This document shows positions 25,995 through 40,181 of a stretch of DNA of 64,000 nt, in pieces; position 1 is the stretch's first letter; every line of letters starts with the position of its first letter. Made by a program: the position numbers and the translations under genes. The stretch is from Eledone cirrhosa (taxonomy: Eukaryota). Under the pieces are notes generated by a model, which was not told the origin of the DNA, did not search any database, and worked only from the letters and a program-made list of their open reading frames with translations. The stretch spans positions 83,700,001 through 83,764,000 of the forward strand of contig OZ024743.1 of NCBI GenBank assembly GCA_964016885.1, in the 5' to 3' direction.

Positions 25995-27263
25995 TTAGAT
26001 GAGAATGGGGGGGTTAAGCCAGGTGATATTTCTAGGCCTATTCCTTCTAGGGGTTCTAGTGGAGTTGGCAGGGGCCTTCATAGGGTTATTATTACTTGGC
26101 CATTTGTTATTTGTCATCCCAGTGCTCATTCCTATTCTAGAGTTGATTTTGAGTCTGCTTCTGGGAGTGGGAAGTAGACCTCTGCTACCATTAAGGTTCC
26201 GTGTAAAAGTGCTGTTACTGCTAAAATTCCGGCGTATCTGGCTATATGCTAAAGTATTTCTAGTTCTAGTGTTAAGTTTATTATGGTTGTGGTGAAGTGC
26301 TGTGTTATGGCATTTAGGTATGTAGTAAATGGACTGTTCATAACCAGATTCAGAAAGGGCCTTATTATAATATGCCGCATGGTTTATAAATATCTCCTCA
26401 TTTGCGGATAGCATGGAGATCCTATACGAGATAGATTTGATGACTGCTCTGATGACTGCCGGTGGGTGGTTAGAGTATGGGCTAATATATGTAAGTATTT
26501 CACCTGGTTTATGATAAGGGTAATATAAGTTATTGTTAATATCTAGGATAACGTCCAGGCAGTTTGCTACCTTATGGTTCGGCTCGATGGTGATAGAGAG
26601 ACCGTTATTTTTAAAAAATCTATGTAATTATTTTTTTAACAAGTCAATGACTCGATTAGTGCAATTGTGGACTGCAAATAGGGCGTCGTCCCTGTATATT
26701 CCGCCTTGCAAGGGTTGGATTTCAGCTCTGATATTATGTAATAGGTAGATTCCAACTAAATCGGTGATTTGCGCAGAGTCGCTTGAGCCCATAGTGATGT
26801 CGAAGTTGTCTGTTCTGTCCTTTCTAGTCCAGAATGAACCGTTGAATTCAATGATGGTCTGCCTAGCCATAAGTATGATGTCAATCTCGTTATTGGTTAT
26901 GTCAGAGTTGGTGCTGGCTAGGGTTAATGCTTTGTTAAGCAGTGCCGGGGTTATTGAAGCGTAGTAGCTGTCAATGTCAAATTGGAGGAACCTCATAGAT
27001 TCCTTGGACCTTAGATCGGAGAACCATCTGATAACTTGGCCGGTGTTGGACCACAGTTTGTAGGTGATATCATCTCGTAGCCCAGGGATGATCCTATCGA
27101 GGATGTTCTTACTGATACGACCCAAGTCAGATGTGGTTGGGCTTATAAGCCTAATAGGTGGGTTCTCAATAAAGTTTGGTTTGTGATCCTTGAGAGAAAA
27201 CCTAGGGGTTGTAGGTACATAAGGGTTGGTACATCTATCCAGATGCAAGTCCTTAACCAGCAC
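25995..27263 (-). pseudogene. PLE reverse transcriptase and thumb, frameshifted
   Basis: Motifs KDHKPNF..NPPIRLI, QFDIDSYY, MGSSDSAQITDLVG, IYRDD and RNITWLNPP. Confidence 0.9.
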
Positions 27264-27651
27264 CTGGGCTTTTCGGTTAAGTAAGTTTACACTAGAGGGT
27301 ATAGTTTTTTTATGGTTTTAATTAAGTTCCTTATGAAGGAAAGAGTTGTAAGTTTCATTAAACTACAACTATGTTGATAATCTTTAAATAATGTCTTCCT
27401 TGTAAAATTTGTGGTCTTGTTTTGCTTAACTAATGAATATTTCCAGCTCTGTGTACCTAACCTCTGCATGAACCCAGCCATCTAGCTGCCTTCCACTGCA
27501 TATCGCACATTGAGCACATGCTTTTACGCTTTTGGCTTCTAACTAATTCACCAATCTCTCTTCTCCTCTCCTATCTCCATCTCTCTCTTTAAGACTGGTT
27601 TACTCTTGAACTGTGTATATATATATATATGTATATGTATATGTATGTGTG

Positions 27652-27778
<127 letters not shown>

Positions 27779-27813
27779 TTATATATATATTTATATATAT
27801 ATTTATATATATA

Positions 27814-27907
<94 letters not shown>

Positions 27908-27910
<3 letters not shown>

Positions 27911-28101
27911 CGGGGGAGTTGTGGTAAGGAACCAGATGGACCATAACGCACCAGAGTACTCAATACTTAGGGTAGTAGAGTGGGTAACAGGAGAGAGTAT
28001 GACCCCGACGGCAGAGCTCAAGCCGTTTAGACGGCTATTTCTGGACTAAAATAGTCCAGAAATAGCCGTCGAACGGCTTGAGCTCTGCCATCGGGGTCAT
28101 A

Positions 28102-28110
<9 letters not shown>
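27908..28110 (-). mobile_element. PLE fold-back remnant, family A
   Basis: Homologous to 271-478; centre near 28050. Confidence 0.75.
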
Positions 28111-28142
<32 letters not shown>

Positions 28143-28147
<5 letters not shown>

Positions 28148-28318
28148 ATATAGAAATAATTCTACAGGACTAGAACTGTTTCAATCGGAAGAATTCCTGA
28201 TGATTTCTTCCGAATGAAACAGTTCTGTAGAAGCCATTTCTATATTAAATATTTATACTCTGCTGTGTATTGAGTACCTTACTTACTGTGGTTACCCCCG
28301 ATTGAACCCTGATAAACA
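28143..28318 (+). mobile_element. PLE fold-back, family B, with hammerhead at 28194-28232
   Basis: TTC-CTGATGA-...-GAAA-CAGTTCTG-TA-GAA; tail hairpin at 28258-28274. Confidence 0.75.
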
Positions 28319-28510
28319 TATCTATATATTGCAAAGACGTAAGGCAGTTGTATAGCAACTGCCATACGTGTTCTCTTTAGACAAAAATCCAAATGAGGTG
28401 TAAATATCCATTGATATGTTACCGGTCTTACGTGTTATTCCCTTCACCGACCAGTAAGCATAACGTATGACGGGTAACATATCAATTGATATTTACATCT
28501 CGTTTGGATT

Positions 28511-28580
28511 TTTGTCTGAAGAGAACACGTATGGCAGTTGTTATACAACTGCCTTGCGTGTTTGAAATACGTATAACAAA
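28511..28580 (+). ncRNA. Hammerhead in the right arm of fold-back 28332-28564
   Basis: TTTGT-CTGAAGA-g-AACACGTATGGCAGTTG(TTATA)CAACTGCCTTGCGTGTT-t-GAAA-TACGTA-TA-ACAAA. Confidence 0.8.
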
Positions 28581-28985
28581 ATAAATCGGGATGTACAAAT
28601 AAAACCGTCTTTCTTGTTTATTATATATATATATATATATATACAAATATAATTCAGCGACAATCATATTTCGGCCGGCAGAAAAAGCAAAACGAAACGC
28701 AAAGTCGTAGAAATACTGGCAAGCGCTCAATAGTTAAAAAAAACTAGAGCTAAACAATAAGTTAAAACGCCATACAAACTGAAAAAGTGGTTAAGAAGGC
28801 ATTAACCACCTAAGCCAAAATAATATTATAATAATATAACCTAAGCCAATATAATATAATATGATAATATAATATAATATAATTATTTCTACTTTTGGCA
28901 CAAGGCCGACAATTATCCCAGTGCAATACTGGTACTTTATTTTATCGATAATATAATATAATATAATATAATATAATATAATATA

Positions 28986-29049
<64 letters not shown>

Positions 29050-29092
29050 TATATTATATTATATTATATTATATTATATTATATTATATTAT

Positions 29093-29868
29093 ACTAGCAG
29101 TAAAGCCCGGCGTTGCTCGGGGTCGCTCAGTAGCTGTGTTAAAGTTACAATGTTAAGTTTCTTTTTTGGCTTAAAAACTGTAGTGTCTACTGTGCAGACT
29201 TGCATGTGGTGTTTCTGATTAATATTCCCTCAACCAACAATATGCCTTATGAAGTTAAGAAAACATAACGATAACCCGAATGTTATAACAAAAGAGGATG
29301 CTGGGGATAAAAACTGCACTGGTTATTTATTAACAAAGATCGAAAATGTAAACACTGCAACGCAGAGAAAAACATTAGCGTAACCAAATTATCAGTTATG
29401 TCTGTCTGCACGCCTATATCACCTCTCTGCACGACTGTCTGTCTGCACGCCTGAAATATTTGCTTGTTTTACGTAGTCTTTAAATAGACTTGTTTTCAAG
29501 TAAAAATATTGTTTTAAAATGCTTTTAAATGGAAATGAAGCAAAACGGAAGCTTAGTGTTCGAATGTTCGTGTATTGTGTTAATGTCATTTTAAACGCTG
29601 AGAAAGCCAGCGTAATTTTTTACGTAAGACGCTCAATGTAAACAGAACAAAGGGAAATAACTGATAACTTACGCTCAAAAATCGATACATTATATTCGAT
29701 TTCGTCACATAGGGTGGGTCAATTTGAAATATTTTTTTTCCGATGTCTTCGCTAGGGCTCAATGTACAAGTATAGCAATTTCGGTGCAATTCCGTGAGAG
29801 ATTCTAAGAGGAGATGTGTGCCAAAAATCGATAGACAGACAGACAACCACAGTTTTATATATATAGAT
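29093..29868 (+). mobile_element. Helentron/DINE-like non-autonomous element (relatives start near 32602, 37551 and 52537)
   Basis: Starts ACTAGCAG...CCCGGCGTTGCTCGGG (5' hairpin) and ends (GACA)n...TTTTATATATATAGAT. Confidence 0.6.
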
Positions 29869-30238
29869 TATATTATATTATATTGGGATTAAAGGCGTAT
29901 TAAACTAGTAAGACCATTATTCAGCAGTGTAATCGAAACTTGGGATTAGAGTGTGGCTATATTAGAAAGAGTCGGGGCCAATTCCAGACACAGGGTCTGG
30001 ATTTGGCTGTCGAAACGGCAAGAGCTCAACCGTCGAGCCCAGAATCCTTCTAAATTATATATATATATATATATATATAATAATAAGGGTTGACGGACCC
30101 AGCATATTTATTGATGCCAGTACTGGTTGTATCTCACCGCACTCAATGGGCAATGTAAGATACATTACCAGTGTATACACATAGTTATTTGCCTCAACAT
30201 AACATACGTAAAACGGGTGCCTATAAGGTTCCCGGACT

Positions 30239-30311
<73 letters not shown>

Positions 30312-30319
30312 GTTTATAA

Positions 30320-30705
30320 TTAGAATTTACCTTCGACATAGCTGTATACAAATATGTATGTGTATTTCGTATATCTAAATATATACAGTATATATAATAA
30401 ATAACAATTTAGAAAGCTTCAGCTATGAATAGAAAACTGAGCGGAGTCCAGCAGAAGCAAGGGTGATAACTGTCGATGCATTTTGAACTACTGCTGAACT
30501 TTGAAACAGTCGAAAATATATACATTCCATATATCGTTAGATATACATATTTGTGTACAGCTATGTCGAAGCTAAATTCTAATTCTATTTCAAGTTAAGT
30601 CAACTTATACAGCTTCTTATGCAAATGAAGCTAATCAGCTCATTACACAGGCAAAAAACTATATATTTTCGCCAGTCTCAAAGGAAGATATTACTATCCG
30701 GCCTT
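30320..30705. mobile_element. Rearranged fold-back element, family D (related to 41060-41372)
   Basis: Inverted match 30320-30378 vs 30537-30582. 30592-30680 is reverse-complementary to about 41244-41325. Confidence 0.5.
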
Positions 30706-31347
30706 CTGTTCTCATTGAAATACACACACACATATGTATATATATATATATAATATATATATATATATTTCGTTGACAAATATATCAATATGCCCAGACA
30801 TGTAGATATATTGCCCTTGGTATGATAGTGTGGTTTTAGCTCAATGTAGGATAACTAGTATACTACAGAGCCGTTATAGTTATAGGAACTGGAACATATC
30901 GATGTGGTTCGTAGGGTGCGGATATGATAAGGAGAATCGACCTGTTACAAGGCGATATAATTGGAGTACACTATCCCTCATATGGACAATCATACATGTA
31001 AGGCTGCATTACTGCTAACCAACTATTCTTTTCACAGACACATGCTTGCAAACTCTCTTGATCTGCCTGTACACCCTCTTTCTGCACTACTTGTGCTTTG
31101 ATGCATCTATGCTTTGCTTTGTCTTATATATTTTGGGGGGGTTTCCGGGATTTTTTTTCCTTTATTGTTTTGTATTTTTGTATTTATCTCTTTTCTTATC
31201 CTTGTATTTTTGTACTTTTTTATTATTTTTTTATTATTTTATTATTGTTTCTGACCATGCTGAGTAATACCCTCACTCATCCCTTGCTACCCTCTCCCAA
31301 CATCTTTATCATCTATTGCACCATCTAAGTGATACATTTTTGGTGTA

Positions 31348-31530
31348 ATTTTTAATTTTTAATTTTTAATTTTTAATTTTTAATTTTTAATTTTTAATTT
31401 TTAATTTTTAATTTTTAATTTTTAATTTTTAATTTTTAATTTTTAATTTTTAATTTTTAATTTTTAATTTTTAATTTTTAATTTTTAATTTTTAATTTTT
31501 AATTTTTAATTTTTAATTTTTAAATTTTTA
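31348..31530. repeat. (TTTTTAA)n heptamer satellite
   Basis: Read directly. Confidence 0.95.
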
Positions 31531-31674
31531 AGACATTTTATGACATTATGTGCATCATGTATTATGACTTTTTCCATATAGCGCTAGCCTCGGGACCCTC
31601 CTGTTGGTCATTTAACCTTGTTCTGGTGACGCAGCTCGATGGAGAATGCAACTACTGATATACTCATGTTTATA

Positions 31675-31721
31675 GGCTCTGAAGATTCCTGCCATGGTGT
31701 ATGGATGAAACACTGTTAGCT
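31675..31721 (+). ncRNA. Hammerhead ribozyme
   Basis: GGCT-CTGAAGA-t-TCC(...)GGA-t-GAAA-CACTG-TT-AGCT. Confidence 0.65.
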
Positions 31722-31766
31722 AATAAAACAATGTATTTCTAAGCACTCTTTGGTTATTCCTATAAC

Positions 31767-31899
<133 letters not shown>

Positions 31900-31943
31900 T
31901 GTAAACAGAAATAACAACACAATCAGTACAGTATATCGAAGGG

Positions 31944-32135
31944 ATATATTAGGTTAATGCTTGATATAGCAGTAAGAGGGTTTTAACGTTTCAGACGCTA
32001 GTCCTTCATCAGAAGAAATAATGAGAAATAAGATAGATTGAGGGGACAGGCGGGTTGGAATTGGAAAAAATGTCTTCAGATGAAAATAACAGGTCCATTC
32101 ATGTTGACATCTCTTGCAAAACTGTTGGTGCTGGC

Positions 32136-32140
<5 letters not shown>
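31944..32140 (-). mobile_element. Solo pLTR 3' end of the Neptune-like PLE at 56540-58160, with minimal hammerhead at 31981-32016
   Basis: Homologous to 56538-56736. Reverse complement reads TCTT-CTGATGA-a-GGAC(TAGC)GTCT-GAAA-CG-TT-AAAA. Confidence 0.8.
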
Positions 32141-32192
<52 letters not shown>

Positions 32193-32551
32193 TTTTCTGA
32201 ATTTGTTTAGCAAGATTCTTTATCTGAAAACGTGTGTTGAAACCGATATTGTTCCACAACCAGATGATTGTTTATATATTGTCAAAGTTCTTTCTGACAC
32301 ACAAAAACAAGATGGCGTAGGACAGAACAAAGGAGAGGCACAAAAACAAAGAAAAGAATCCCCAGTCACTGAAGAGGTCACAGAATGTGTGACGAAAGAA
32401 CTTTGACAATATATAAACAATCATCTGGTTGTGGAACCAACCAACCAACCGGAAATTTGTAAATTCCTAAATTTATAAATTTATTAAAATAAATTGAAGT
32501 GAAAGCAACTGGTGCGTGTTTCTTATTGGCAACATGACCCTCCCAAAGTAT

Positions 32552-32603
<52 letters not shown>

Positions 32604-33410
32604 TAGCAGAGGTACCCCGGCGTTGCTCGGGTATTAAATAGCAGTTATGTATACCATTTATGTCAATACTTCAGTGCTGCTTCGAAAACTATACTTTTAC
32701 AAAATCATCGGCTTTTTCCCAAAGGGGGTTCCTGCCCCCAGGGGTCCTCTACTCAATATTTGCCAATTCACATTCATCTGTAGACAGACGTAGCCCATGT
32801 GTCAAGTTTTGTGAAAATCGGTTGCGCACTCCAGAAGTTATGACGTTTTGTTGCATTGCACTGCAGTACTTCAGCCGACTCCAAGGAAGCGGATGAAGGG
32901 GGTTATCTGCCGGGAGGCCCTATAATCAATATCTGGAAAAATGAAAGTGCTCATGACCATTCGGAGTACATAAGTAACCTATGTCTTAAGTTTGGTGAAA
33001 ATACTGTAGAAATGCATAAGGCTTACACACACACGTACGTATGTGCGTGCGTGCATGTGTGTGTGTGTGTGTGTGTTTGTGTGTGTGTATGTATTTGTGT
33101 GTGCGTATGTATATGTATGTGTATGTCCGTCGGCGCATACGTATGTACTGGCGTAAATCTTCACTATTTACTTTTACTATTTTAATAACCTCTGTCATTT
33201 TCGTTTTCAATTTTATTTACATCCTTCTTAAACTCCGGGGCTGGAAATCATTCTGTTATTTTAAATAGAATATTAGTCTAACGACTCCATTTATACCATA
33301 AACTTGGTCTTGTCTTTGCATGAAATCGTTCTTCTCAGTCCACATAACGACGTATTATCCTCGCTTTTTTTACGTTTATTGCCAGGGTGTGCGTGTGTAT
33401 GTGTATAGCA

Positions 33411-33796
33411 GAGTCATTCGAAGGTCAAAAGATATTTTTCAGCTTTTGTCTTATACGGAGAAGTGCGTGTGTGTGTGTGTGTGTGTATAAGTCTCTTTGT
33501 ATGTTGATGTACGCGTGTGTATGTGTTTGTGTATATATGTGTGTGTGTGTGTGTGTGTGTGGGTGGACCAGTATTTTTTTACCCCTGGTAAAATGGTGTA
33601 CATTATTCGATTTTTTCAGTAAAATCGGTTCTCTTAATAGAACCCCCCCCCACACACACACATATATACACAAACACATACACACGCGTACATCAACATA
33701 CACAGAGACTTATACACACACACACACACACACACACGCACTTCTCCGTATAAGACAAAAGCTGAAAAATATCTTTTGACCTTCGAATGACTCTGC

Positions 33797-33801
<5 letters not shown>
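33411..33801. repeat. Inverted repeat (arms about 33411-33560 and 33651-33801) within (TG)n/(CA)n
   Basis: The same spurious peptide IAESFEGQKIFFSFCLIRRS appears on both strands. Confidence 0.85.
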
Positions 33802-33851
<50 letters not shown>

Positions 33852-33920
33852 ATCTTAATAGCCATTTGACACACATCGCTGCTGGCCATTGTCGCAGCAT
33901 CGAACACCTTACTACTACTA

Positions 33921-33954
<34 letters not shown>

Positions 33955-34538
33955 TTGTTGTGAAAGAGTCATTTCTCAATCTTGGCGCAAAACCAATTTT
34001 TTATCCACATGACCTCTACCGACCAATCAAAATTGTTTTGACCACAAGCATTTTTGCAACACAAAAATAACGCTGGAGCCACTTTTTTAACATAAAAACA
34101 GGTAGAATTCCCAAAACTAATCAGATCAGAGCAAACAGCACGGACACTCTATCTCAAAATTATTTTTGAAAAGCATTTAGAAATGCGCAACCGGTAAAAA
34201 CTTAAAACCACAACTGAATACTAACCCATACAATCACTAATACTCTTTTATTCCTAATTAAACCATTTTTCAACTGTGAACAATTTGTCAGCATTTTCTA
34301 TTCCGTTTACCAATATATATATATATATATATATATAAATATATATGTGTGTGTGTATATATATATACATATATTTTTATGTGTATATTTATATATGTGT
34401 ATATGTGTATATCTATATATGTGTATATTTGTTTGTATATGTATATATATATGTATATGTATATATATATATGTATATGTGTATATATGTGTATATATAT
34501 GTATATATAAGTATATATGTATATATGTGTGCGTGTGC

Positions 34539-34624
<86 letters not shown>

Positions 34625-34989
34625 GTGCGCGCGCGCGCGCGTCAGCATCGTATAGCTTCCTGCCAGATGATTGAACGTCTGAAAGTATATACTTTCCGTA
34701 TGCATATTATCGGCTGAGCAGCCTAATTTGCATATCGAGTGAGTTAGTCGGCCGAGTTAGTTGCCTGAACACTGTACGGCGTAATTCGGGCTGTTTGTTT
34801 ACAAACAAACCGAACATTATAATGTTCGGTAAATCCATACGTACATATATATATATGTGGGCATGTATGTATATATATATACATACTACTGTACGTCTGT
34901 ATACATATATGTATGTACGTATACATACATACATTTAAGTATCAGCCGTACTAAGAGTGAGAAATGAAATTTCGTTTCATTCCTTTTGC

Positions 34990-35075
<86 letters not shown>

Positions 35076-36772
35076 TATACATATATAAATACACATATAT
35101 GTACATATGTGTGTGTGTATTTTCCCAAGGGAACATAAAAAGTATTTAATTTCCATTAAACTGCAGTTTACAGTTTATTATTTAAATATTTGATTACTTA
35201 AACCAAACATTGGCTTTTCGCTGCTGTTGTTGTTATTGTTGTTATTTTATTGTTGCTGTTATTGTCGTTATTGTTATTATTGTTGTTATCTTTATTTACA
35301 CAAACACAGATTGGATATAAAGGAATTATGTTTGGAACGCAGCGGGCGAAGTTTAGAAACAGAGATAGAAATAGAAGCTTCACTGTAATATGTTTTACAT
35401 AATATAGTCTAATAATTGTTTCTACATTTGGCACTCTAATAATGGGGTTTATAAACCCACTGGACGGAAAATGATGGGTTTTCCGTTCAGTGGGTTTATG
35501 AAAGGCAAAGTTAAGCTCAAATCCCGCCGAGGTTAACTCTGCCTTTCATCCTTACGGGGTCGATAAAATAAAGTACCAGTAATGCACTGGGTAATTTGCT
35601 GGCCTTGTGCCAAAATGTATTATAGACAAAAATATTACGGTGAATCTTCTATTTCTATTTCAATTCTAAACAGATTAGATGTATTTTTGTTTTTATCCCC
35701 TTACACATGAGTCAAAACAAAACGAATTTTTATATGCACTTTACATGGACAAGTATTCCCACTGTATTTTCACTACTTCTACCCCCATTTCTATACCGAT
35801 ATACATATTTATTTATACCTTGTTTTTCTCGTATATATTTTTTCTCATATATATTCCCTCTCTCATTTTGCATCTATGTACTTTTTGTTTTGATTCATGT
35901 GATAGAGAAAAATATTAACTAATTGTTTGCCTAATTACTACGTTTCATACTTTAAATTTATCTTCCGTTCTACTGTACGGTACTATCGTTCAATATATGG
36001 ATAATATATCTGTAATATCCAATATTGATCCCCTTTTCAAAACTTCTTACTATAATTTAAACACCTCCCTATTTATTATAAAAAAATGTTATTTGCTTCA
36101 ATCAAGATTTTAACTTTTAATTTCTAATTTTCAATCTTAATTTCCACTGTGAAACCATAATATCTAGACCCTAGAATTAAGTTTATATTCTCTTAGCGGG
36201 TGATGGTCAATTCTATTGTCCAAGCATAATTTAGGGGTAGTATCGAAGCCTATTGAAACTCATACTCTACCACCACCACTAGGTTTCGGTTAACTGCTCC
36301 TGGCAGAGCAACTAGCAGTAATCTACGTGTCATATTACCGGCCTGGATGGGAGTGATTGTTTGGTTGAGAGGGGGGATGCCTAGGCTAGTTTCGTTGAGT
36401 TTTGGGGTAATGGATGGTCAACTTCCTTCACATTTTCGCCTGCGCAAGCTGTGGGGGTGTATTGGGGATCACAAGGGAACAGGCGAAGGATTCAAGAACA
36501 CCCGCTTTGTCCGTTCCCCTTGTCGATTCAATTTGGATTGCCTCGAGAACTTAACCTTATTATGTAAGAAGCTGTTTGATGATGTCATGGCACTGGGTAC
36601 ACGGAATCGTGTGGCCACTGTCGTCATTGAAATATGTATTACAGCCTGATTAATAAAGGACTTTAACATCTGAAACTACTTCCCATTTACTTATTCTAAA
36701 TATACTCCGTCATTCCTATGTGGAAAAAGTACGTTGAGTGCTTGAATTGAATTGCATCAATATTTACCGTAA

Positions 36773-36808
<36 letters not shown>

Positions 36809-36924
36809 CTTGACAAATTGAAAATTGCGGTAGGCAAAACCCAACCATACAATACCAAAACAACGAAAGAACTAATCAGGTAAATATATATATATATACA
36901 CACACATATATACATAAACATATG

Positions 36925-37027
<103 letters not shown>

Positions 37028-37178
37028 CTCAGAAATCATTAGACCTGTCCGTCGAACGTGCGGATCCAGAATCAGACAGATCCACACAATGATCATGTCT
37101 CGAGCTGTCCGCCGGCAAAACAATTGTAACACACAATTGTAACAAACTGAGTTCAGATGCATCACTGATTTTTTGTTT

Positions 37179-37248
<70 letters not shown>

Positions 37249-37249
37249 G

Positions 37250-37364
<115 letters not shown>

Positions 37365-37724
37365 CTATCTATATATTTATCTATCTGTTTATATATATAT
37401 ATAGATATGTTTCTTTTATTTGCCACCAGGGCATCAAAAGTGGGACAAGTACAAATATATAGATAGGTAGATAGATATGTATGTATATATATATGTGTGT
37501 GTGTGTGTTTTGTTTACATTTTAAAAAAACTGCACAGTCATATAGCTATTACTAGCAGAATGGCCCAGTGTTGATCGGGATTTGCTCTACGATTCTTATA
37601 TATTTGATATATATTTATCCTTATCGAGCCTCGTGAAATAAATACGTTTGTTTATATTTTGTTATTGTGTCTGCAAAAATATCTGTACACGAATATATAA
37701 TTATATATTAAAATAACAGATTAT

Positions 37725-37775
37725 AGTTTAAGCAAAGAATCGCTGCTTTCACCCTTAACGGGATCTTCTGAAACT
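37725..37775 (-). ncRNA. Hammerhead, family G, CAGAAGA core (also 50241-50291 - and 55429-55479 +)
   Basis: AGTTT-CAGAAGA-t-CCC(GTTAA)GGG-t-GAAA-GCA(GCGATTCTT)TGC-TT-AAACT. Confidence 0.65.
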
Positions 37776-37825
37776 AAAAGAATCAATCTGTGAACGCAGA
37801 AGTAAATATTTCGAAAAACGTTACA

Positions 37826-37917
<92 letters not shown>

Positions 37918-37979
37918 TATATATACATACATATACAAACACACACACTATATATACATACATATACAAACACACACAC

Positions 37980-38607
37980 AGCGCGTCATAATGTCGTAAT
38001 GCAGACATACAGACATACAGACAAATATTATAAGGGCGCAACGTTATATCTATGTATCTATCTAAAAAGAGAAAGACTAAGAATTATAGAGACAGACCGC
38101 TAAATCGCCTAATGCGGCCCCTAGAACATTGAAAATTTGAAATATGTTTTGCTCTAAACACTCACAGGACCATGTGTAATGTTTGAAAACAATCGGTTGG
38201 GTGGTTCTCGAGTTCAAGTGATCGGACAGACATACATACATACATACAGACAGACATTCTCTGTTTTAGATATATAGACTAGCAGAAAACCACCCGGGGG
38301 GGGGCGGTTTTCTGCTAGTCTATAATCTAAAACAGAGAAAGTCTGTCTGTCTGTCAACTCACTAAAACTTGAGAATCATCCAACCGATTGTTTTCAAACT
38401 TTAGAATGTAATACTTATGGTCCTGTGAGTGTTTTGAGCAAAAGTTATTTCAAATTTTCAATGCCCTAGGGACCGCATTAGGCGATTTAGCGTTCTCTCT
38501 ATATAATTCTTAGTCTTTCTTTTTAGATAGATACATAGATATAACGTTGCGCCCTTATAATATCTGTCTGTATGTCTGGCTGTCTGCATTACGTCATTAT
38601 GACGCGC
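37980..38607. mobile_element. Palindromic dimer of a Helentron/DINE-like element
   Basis: About 300-bp imperfect arms centred on GACTAGCAGAAAACC...GGTTTTCTGCTAGTC (near 38299); the same structure occurs at 52961-53573. Confidence 0.75.
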
Positions 38608-39812
38608 TCAGTGTGTGTGTGTGTATATATATGTATCGTAATGCAGACAGCAAGACATAGCTTTCCTTCTCCTCTTCCAGCGTCTCTCTGTCTCCCTCTC
38701 GCTATCCCCCTCTTGTAGTCTGTCTCGTTCTTTCACTCTCACTCTCTCTACGCGTCGGACAGACAGACAGAGAAATTGCTGGTTATATATTATAAGGAGA
38801 CTAGCAGAAAACCACCCGGTGGGCGTTTTTCTGCTAGCAAAACTAGTGTATATACTGATATTATGAGATTTGGATGAGAAATGTTTTCGGCACCACATGT
38901 TCACCGTCTCTCGATGTGTCTTTTATGCATGTATAAATATATATGTTATCTATACGGTGAAATCTTTGAAATAAATATATGTTAAAACGAAAAAGGAGAA
39001 AATAAATAACTGGCGGTTAGAAAAAAATATTCCTATGAAATTTTAATCATACCATTAGGTGTGAATAAGGAAATATTTTTTTATTGTCAAAACAAATGTT
39101 CAAAAGTTAAACTTCAATTTTTTGAATTATTTCCAATTTTTTCATGAAATTGAACACTGGACATTGGCTGCTGGAAATGGAAATTAAATCGTATTTAATT
39201 GTATTTAAATTTCTAACCTTATTTTATTATTTATATTTTTTCAATAAGAAATAAAAAAAACAAAAAAAAATTGAAGAAAAACATTGAACAAATCAAACGT
39301 AGGTTATGGAACTGTGCAATCTGATTAATAAATTACCTCATCAGCAGCAGCCTTCTTCAAATGGTCCTTATTATCAGCAGCAACAACCACAAATTCAATG
39401 ACAACCTTCTTCAAACCACAAATTCAATGGCTACCTTCTTCGCATGGTGTCAAGTCAGAACCGCCTCGAACTGGTTACTTCTGGCTTGTGCAAGGTGTCT
39501 CTATAGCAACCAGCGATTCCCTCGGCCTCAGTGACCAAAGTCAGTGGAGAGGGGAAGGTAATATTTCTGTAGCACGTGTTTTAGCGTCTATTCACTCTCT
39601 CTCTCTCCCTCTCTCCCTCCCGCTATCCCCCTCTCGTAGTCTGTCTCTTTCTTTCACTCTCACTCCCTCTCTCTCTACGCACGTGTTTCCACTGTCGGAC
39701 AGACAGACAGAAAAATTGCTGGTTATATATATAAGTAGATAACTGCGGTTTTATAAAATGTAAACAAAACGTTCAACGGATTATTGGTTAATTCCAATGA
39801 TTCCCAGGAGGA

Positions 39813-39947
39813 TGAAACATGTAAATTAAATTATTATATAAATAACAGTGTTGGGTAGCATATTTTAATTTATATATATATATATATAAATTAAAATATG
39901 CTACCCAACACTGTTATTTATATAATAATTTAATTTACATGTTTCAT
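39813..39947. repeat. Perfect palindrome centred on a (TA)n tract
   Basis: ATGAAACATGTAAATT...GGGTAGCATATTTTAATT(TA)nAATTAAAATATGCTACCC...AATTTACATGTTTCAT. Confidence 0.9.
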
Positions 39948-40104
39948 AATTAACGGAGTCATATACTCTCGTCACTCCCTGGCGGCCCGTCCCTCAGATA
40001 CCACTGGTTCACTGCCCTAAACACGCTGTGACATCTCTCTGCCGCGTGTAGCTGGACGGTCGCTTTAGATTCTCTTAGAGTTGTCTGGAATGTATAGTCT
40101 TACT

Positions 40105-40181
40105 CGCGCTGATGAACCATAGGCTATTCCATTTCAGTCAACAAATTCCTGACGAAACAGATCTCTTTAGATTTGTGCGCG
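40105..40181 (+). ncRNA. Hammerhead with mutated cleavage triplet (GUG)
   Basis: CGCG-CTGATGA-...-GAAA-CAGATCT(CTTT)AGATTTG-TG-CGCG. Confidence 0.6.

Larger units (their letters stand above)
24630..27612 (-). mobile_element. 5'-truncated PLE (probably Nematis-like) with an inverted pLTR piece plus tail at its 5' junction
   Basis: RT and GIY-YIG fragments; hammerhead at 24745-24863 (-); 24630-24711 is inverted at 27356-27437; (TA)n on both sides. Confidence 0.88.

Noticed and set aside
32220-32262. Hammerhead in family F (CTGAAAA...GAAACCGATA)
   Set aside because: C3/A8 mismatch and no convincing stem I; excluded from the count.
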